Below are positions 59,412-64,000 of a stretch of DNA of 64,000 nt, piece by piece. Each line of letters opens with the position of its first letter. Position 1 is the first letter of the stretch. A model generated the notes under the pieces. It did no database searches and was not told the DNA's origin. It saw nothing but the letters and a program-made list of their open reading frames with translations. Both the position numbers and the translations under genes were made by a program. This DNA is from Spirochaetales bacterium (GTDB lineage Bacteria; Spirochaetota; Spirochaetia; JAFGXN01): contig JAFGXN010000141.1 in NCBI GenBank assembly GCA_016936615.1, positions 6,053-70,052 on the forward strand. The letters run 5' to 3'.

Positions 59412-61140
59412 GCGCAAGAATAACCTTTGAGCGATTCTCTGGCTTGTGAAAATGCAACAACGCCTTCTGCAAACCCTTCTCTGAATTTGCCTTCGGGACA
59501 TGAATAGGATTCATTGTAAAAGGATCAATCTCAGTGTAGTACATACAAGTCGAAACCGATCCTGGGGTGGGGTAAAAATCCTGAACCTGATCTGGAATAA
59601 ACTTAGATCGCTTAAGCTCGAGAGCTAAATCTATCGCGTCGTGGAGATCTGCGCCTGGATGGGCAGAGATGTAATAAGGAACAAGAAATTGTTTCTTCCC
59701 AAGCTGACTGTTTATCTCATCAAACCTTGATTGAAATTTTTTATATACTGAAGATTTTGGTTTTCCCATAAAGGCAAGTACCTTATCTGAATTATGTTCC
59801 GGAGCAACCTTCAGCTGCCCACTGACATGATGTTCGCACAACTCTCTGAAGAACTCCTCATCAGAATCCTCCACAAGATAATCAAACCTAATCCCAGAAC
59901 GAATAAAAACCTTCTTAACTCCCGGAATCTTTCGAATTTTACGTAATAAATCCAGATACTCGCTATGATCTACAATCATATTTTTGCATATCTGCGGTGC
60001 AAGACAACGCCGATCAAGACAAGCTCCCTTCTCTCCCATCTTCTCACAAGGATTCTTGCGAAAATTTGCAGTAGGACCACCGACATCATGAATAATCCCC
60101 TTGAAATCAGGATCTTTTGTAAGCCTTCTCACCTCAGCAAGAATAGATTCGTGCGACCGCGCAGAAATATGTCGCCCCTGATGAAAGGTCAGAGCACAGA
60201 AATTACATGACCCAAAGCACCCTCGCGAGGAGGTAATGCTAAACTTAACCTCACGTAACCCAGTAATCTCCTCTGAGTAACAATCTCCCTGCCGCCCGGT
60301 AAATGGCAGCTCATAGACCTTATCCATCTCCGCCGTAGACAATGGCATCTGCGGGGGATTCTGCAAGACAAATCTCTCCCCACAAGGCTCAACAAGCGAC
60401 AAGGCTGTAATTGGATCAGTATTCCGATACTGAACCATCACCGATTCAGCATAAAGCCTCTTTGACTCTGGAGAATTGACACTAATATCTTCAAAAGATG
60501 GTAGAACAACCGCATCCTCAGGAACCTCCTTGACTGTATGAACAGTCCCACGGATGAAATTCAAATTGACCGACTCCCCAGTCTCCCGCGCAGCCTTGAA
60601 CCGCAAGCAGATCTCCTTGACAGCCTTCTCACCCATCCCATATATCAGCAAATCTGCTTTAGAATCAAGCAGTACCGACTTGCGCACCTTATCCTGCCAA
60701 TAATCATAATGAGACAACCTTCGCAGCGACGCCTCAAGCCCGCCAAGAATAACTGGAACCCCCTTGAAGACCTGCCGTGCTAGATTAGCATACGCGATCG
60801 ATGCCCTGTCAGGCCTCTGACCAACTGCTCCACCAGGAGAATACGCATCTTCGCGCCTCAACTTCCTCGACGAAGTGTAATGGTTCACCATAGAATCAAT
60901 ATTCCCTGCTGTGACAAGGACTGCACAACGCGGCGGCTCCTCATCTGCGAGCAAGGCTGGATTCCGCCAATCAGGCTGTGCAATAATCTTCACAGAAAAA
61001 TCCAAAGATTGAATATAACGAGCAATTATTGCTGCCCCAAAAGAGTGATGGTCGACAAACCCATCTCCAGTTATAAGAGTAAAATCAGGTGTCGAAGAGG
61101 AGTTATTTGATTTACAAGGGAAAAAGAATGTCTCATTCAT
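59281..61140 (-). CDS. ygiQ: YgiQ (UPF0313) family radical SAM protein
   Basis: N-terminal FTLITGDGFVDHHSFGAAII, radical SAM Cys triad CFGSCNFC and a basic C-terminal tail, as in E. coli YgiQ. Confidence 0.85.
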   Translation of the reverse strand: MNETFFFPCKSNNSSSTPDFTLITGDGFVDHHSFGAAIIARYIQSLDFSVKIIAQPDWRNPALLADEEPPRCAVLVTAGNIDSMVNHYTSSRKLRREDAYSPGGAVGQRPDRASIAYANLARQVFKGVPVILGGLEASLRRLSHYDYWQDKVRKSVLLDSKADLLIYGMGEKAVKEICLRFKAARETGESVNLNFIRGTVHTVKEVPEDAVVLPSFEDISVNSPESKRLYAESVMVQYRNTDPITALSLVEPCGERFVLQNPPQMPLSTAEMDKVYELPFTGRQGDCYSEEITGLREVKFSITSSRGCFGSCNFCALTFHQGRHISARSHESILAEVRRLTKDPDFKGIIHDVGGPTANFRKNPCEKMGEKGACLDRRCLAPQICKNMIVDHSEYLDLLRKIRKIPGVKKVFIRSGIRFDYLVEDSDEEFFRELCEHHVSGQLKVAPEHNSDKVLAFMGKPKSSVYKKFQSRFDEINSQLGKKQFLVPYYISAHPGADLHDAIDLALELKRSKFIPDQVQDFYPTPGSVSTCMYYTEIDPFTMNPIHVPKANSEKGLQKALLHFHKPENRSKVILALKHAGRMDLAGTLLGENSHPQQRQGSRVRQDSIHRSGKKRRSR

Positions 61141-61230
61141 AGATATCTAAGATAATATAATTTTCTAAAAAAAATAACCTCACATGTCAAGAAAATAGAC
61201 TTTTGAGAAAGAAAATAAAATTTTAATAAT

Positions 61231-61947
61231 CTATCCACCCAGATGAAGCCCCGCATCGGTGTAGATAGTCTGTCCGGTAATACGTGGGCTTTGAAGAAGT
61301 AACAGAACAGAAGAGAGAGTATCTTCAAGCGCATGAATATCTTTCAATAGGCTCAGACTCTTTATAACCTCGGGATCTTCATTTTTATTCTGCGGATTTG
61401 CCAAGATAAGACCAGGCGCAACCGCATTTACACGAACCACAGGCGCAAGCTCAATAGCCAATAAATTCGTGAGCTCAAACAACATTTTTTTGCTCAAATC
61501 ATATGAAAAATACCCCTTAACCTTCTGTTTGTGGCGAGCATCAATCATATTTACAACAGATTTTGCAGAATCCAACCTGGAAAATGCCCGAGCAAGATAC
61601 ATCGGCGCAAAGGCATTGATATTCAGCGACTCATAAAGCTTATCACAAGAGAGAGAGCTAAACTCATCAGGCGAGTAGATTGAAGCAGAATTGATCAGAT
61701 GAGCAATGGGGAGAGACTCAACTTTTTTATTTGAAAAAAACCCATCAATCCCCTTAATATCAGAGAAGTCGTACTCAACAGCAGCAGCCTCAACACCAAG
61801 AGCTTTCAACTCAGAGAGAAGAGAGAGGGCCTGCCTCTCCGAACTTCTGTAATGAACAAGAATGTTATAGCCTTTTTTCCCAAGAAAAAGAGCAATCTCT
61901 CGCCCAACACGCTTCCCAGCACCTGTGATAAGAACCCACTCGCCCAC
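61231..61947 (-). CDS. folM: FolM-like short-chain dehydrogenase (dihydromonapterin / pteridine reductase family)
   Basis: VLITGAGKRVGREIA, HYRSS, YDLSKKML and VNAVAPGLIL match E. coli FolM block for block. GTG start 5 nt after a perfect TAGGAGG that contains the purU stop codon. Confidence 0.6.
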   Translation of the reverse strand: MGEWVLITGAGKRVGREIALFLGKKGYNILVHYRSSERQALSLLSELKALGVEAAAVEYDFSDIKGIDGFFSNKKVESLPIAHLINSASIYSPDEFSSLSCDKLYESLNINAFAPMYLARAFSRLDSAKSVVNMIDARHKQKVKGYFSYDLSKKMLFELTNLLAIELAPVVRVNAVAPGLILANPQNKNEDPEVIKSLSLLKDIHALEDTLSSVLLLLQSPRITGQTIYTDAGLHLGG

Positions 61948-61956
61948 TAAGGCCTC

Positions 61957-62817
61957 CTACTCAAAGACAATAGTCTTATTCTTATGAACATGCAATTTAT
62001 GCTCGAGATGCAACTGAACCGCCTTTGACAGAACAATCTTCTCGAGATTTTTACCCTTCAACACAAGATCCTCAATGGAATCCTTGTGGGTTATATTAAC
62101 TACATCCTGAGCAATAATCGGACCTTGATCTAAATCTTCAGTTACATAATGGCTAGTTGTTCCAATCAGCTTTACACCCTTCTCAAAGGCCTGGTGATAC
62201 GGCTTAGCGCCAACAAATGCAGGCAAGAAAGAGTGATGGATATTTATAATCTGGTTACGATATTTCTTGACAAATTCTGGCGACAAAATCTGCATATACC
62301 GCGCAAGAACAATCAGATCTGCGCCACAGTTCTCTAAGACCTCGAACTCTCGAGCCTCAGCCTCCTGTTTGTTAGCCTGACTCTTCTTTATAACAGTAAA
62401 CGGTACACCGAAAAACTCCGCCATAGGACGAGAATCCTCATGATTGCTGACAATCTGCACAATCTCAGCATCTATCTCACCCTCTTTGTGCCGCCACAAC
62501 AGCTCAAGCAGGCAGTGATCCAACTTAGAGACAAATATTGCAATCTTTGCCTTTTCTGTAGAAAAGTGAATCTGCCAATTCATTTTAAACTTCGTAGCAA
62601 TAGGCTCGAACGCTGAGCGAATCTTATCAATAGGAATCTGGAATTTTGCTAGATCCCACTCAATTCTCATAAAAAAAGTATTAGTATGAACATCCTGATG
62701 CTGGTTAGAGTATAAGATGTTTCCATCATATGTTGAAATAAAATGCGAAATCTCAGCAACAATGCCTTTTACATCTTCGCAAGACAAAAGTAATATAGCA
62801 GTCTCTCTTTTTTTCAT
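61957..62817 (-). CDS. purU: Formyltetrahydrofolate deformylase
   Basis: N-terminal ACT domain plus formyltransferase domain (HHSFLPAF, NIHHS). Confidence 0.85.
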   Translation of the reverse strand: MKKRETAILLLSCEDVKGIVAEISHFISTYDGNILYSNQHQDVHTNTFFMRIEWDLAKFQIPIDKIRSAFEPIATKFKMNWQIHFSTEKAKIAIFVSKLDHCLLELLWRHKEGEIDAEIVQIVSNHEDSRPMAEFFGVPFTVIKKSQANKQEAEAREFEVLENCGADLIVLARYMQILSPEFVKKYRNQIINIHHSFLPAFVGAKPYHQAFEKGVKLIGTTSHYVTEDLDQGPIIAQDVVNITHKDSIEDLVLKGKNLEKIVLSKAVQLHLEHKLHVHKNKTIVFE

Positions 62818-62831
62818 ATCTCCCTCGTAGA

Positions 62832-63314
62832 TTATTTCTGTGGATAATTTAAGTTATCATCTGTAAGCTTGTAAAGCACTTCGTTTAAAAACTTATCAGA
62901 CTCCCATTTTGCCATTGCCAGATTGTGCTCTAGACAATTGCCACAATCTTCAGGCTCAGTTCCAGGAACTGCTCCAACATAATCTCTGATAAACTCGAAC
63001 ATTCTAGTAACCAATTGAACAATCTCTGCCGACTCAAGGTCTCCTCTTAATAAAAGATAATTACCAGTTCGACACCCCATAGGACCAAAATAGATAATCC
63101 TAGCCTTCCACTCAGGATCATTTCTAAGAAAAGTCGCACCCAAATGCTCAATTGTGTGAAGAGGTGCCATATCCATGACAGGTTCACGATTAGGCTCCTT
63201 CATCCTTATGTCAAAAGTAGTAACAACCTCCGAACCCACACTATCCTTTCGTGAGACATAGAGACCTCGAAGTAATTTATTGTGATCTATTGTAAAACTT
63301 GGTATTTTTTCCAT
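62832..63314 (-). CDS. luxS: S-ribosylhomocysteine lyase
   Basis: 160 aa with the metal motif HTIEHL and the conserved GC..G motif. Confidence 0.85.
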   Translation of the reverse strand: MEKIPSFTIDHNKLLRGLYVSRKDSVGSEVVTTFDIRMKEPNREPVMDMAPLHTIEHLGATFLRNDPEWKARIIYFGPMGCRTGNYLLLRGDLESAEIVQLVTRMFEFIRDYVGAVPGTEPEDCGNCLEHNLAMAKWESDKFLNEVLYKLTDDNLNYPQK

Positions 63315-63391
63315 AAAAACCTCTCAATTTAGTATAGTATACATCAATTTTTTTTTAAAGGCTAGAAGATCTTTTTTCCTAGCTAGAAAAC

Positions 63392-63420
63392 AAAAAAAAC
63401 ACCCCACTTAAAGCAGGGTG
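63392..63420 (-). terminator. Rho-independent terminator after the RRM-protein gene
   Basis: Minus strand reads CACCC-TGCTTTAAGTG-GGGTG followed by T8. Confidence 0.5.
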
Positions 63421-63442
63421 CCCGAAAGAAAGATATATGAAA

Positions 63443-63685
63443 TTATCTCGATCTTGCTTCGTTAACCTTCATTGGTCTTCCCAAGAAATCCGCATTGTTC
63501 AACGCCTCAATAGCGTCCAAAGCTTCATTATCATTTGTCATTACAACAAAACCAAAACCTTTAGATCGATTTGTATCTCTGTCAATGATAATCTTTGCAC
63601 TCTCAACAGCTCCGTACTGTGCGAAAGCTGATTCAAGTTGCTCGTTTGTGGCATTATAAGCAATATTGCCTACATAAATGTTCAT
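63443..63685 (-). CDS. RRM-type RNA-binding protein (80 aa)
   Basis: RNP2 IYVGNI and RNP1 KGFGFVVM motifs. Confidence 0.8.
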   Translation of the reverse strand: MNIYVGNIAYNATNEQLESAFAQYGAVESAKIIIDRDTNRSKGFGFVVMTNDNEALDAIEALNNADFLGRPMKVNEARSR

Positions 63686-63805
63686 AAAAACTCCGAAAAT
63701 TGTAAATTTAGAATTAAATTAGAAACTAACTTACCTCTATGCGATAATGATAATCTAATAAATACATATTTACAACTAAATTTTCGCAAAATTTTAGAAT
63801 ATTTT

Positions 63806-64000
63806 TTAAAATTTTCTTCTTGCAGTCAACAAATCAAAGGCCTCTTGAATCTCAAGATAACGCCGCTTAGCAACCTCTCGAAAGTCATCTGATACGCCCT
63901 GAGAAGATAATGCATCTGGATGATATTTTTTAACTAGCTTTCGATAAGCCTTCTTTAACTCTTCGTCAGAGCAACCTTTTTCACAAGCAAGAATCTTGTA
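63806..64000 (-). CDS. C-terminal J-domain of a DjlA-like co-chaperone (partial; the gene continues past the window end)
   Basis: Minus-strand frame open to the window edge. It ends ...YKILACEKGCSDEELKKAYRKLVKKYHPDALSSQGVSDDFREVAKRRYLEIQEAFDLLTARRKF with an HPD tripeptide. Not in the ORF track because its start lies outside the window. Confidence 0.55.
   Translation of the reverse strand, partial: YKILACEKGCSDEELKKAYRKLVKKYHPDALSSQGVSDDFREVAKRRYLEIQEAFDLLTARRKF

Noticed and set aside
62832-63314. luxS as evidence of a dedicated quorum-sensing system.
   Set aside because: LuxS is primarily an activated-methyl-cycle enzyme. No lsr transporter or autoinducer-responsive regulator genes are in the window.

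Overview
This 64 kb window is densely coding (about 60 protein genes, roughly 90% coding, mostly on the minus strand). Overall GC is low, roughly 35-40%, but swings locally from about 32% in lipoprotein islands to about 50% over radA/ygiQ. I found no rRNA, tRNA, CRISPR array, IS element, integrase or prophage signature.

The ORF track counts GTG and TTG as start codons. That makes several ORFs N-terminally over-extended, and those starts are corrected in the feature list.

Confident core genes include glgP, hom, leuS, htpG, cheB/cheR, an addAB-type helicase-nuclease pair, radA, purU, luxS, rlmE, add, tyrA, fucO-like Fe-ADH, nfnAB-like flavoprotein pair, ygiQ, a polyprenyl synthase, a rhomboid protease, two histidine kinases, a Fur-family regulator and a small 2[4Fe-4S] ferredoxin that is missing from the ORF track.

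Accessory-looking content:
1. A tight six-gene CDP-hexose operon (GT2, RfbF, RfbG, RmlC-like, RmlD-like, UGM-like flavoprotein) that lacks the E1/E3 dideoxy enzymes. This is the best candidate for an undescribed nucleotide-sugar pathway.
2. An AT-rich island of secreted or lipoprotein genes with two tandem EEP-family (DNase I / sphingomyelinase fold) paralogs and two overlapping DUF4230-like paralogs.
3. A GLUG-repeat surface lipoprotein bracketed by terminators, one of which sequesters its Shine-Dalgarno sequence.
4. Several conserved-unknown operons.

The gene content (NfnAB, Fe-ADH, ferredoxin, YgiQ, many loose-lipobox lipoproteins, ankyrin/TPR/GLUG proteins, cheRB) suggests an anaerobic, motile, host-associated bacterium. 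A spirochaete such as a Treponema is my guess from gene content only, not a measurement.

Hand-counted coordinates for RNA-structure features may be off by 1-2 nt. CDS ends follow the ORF track.
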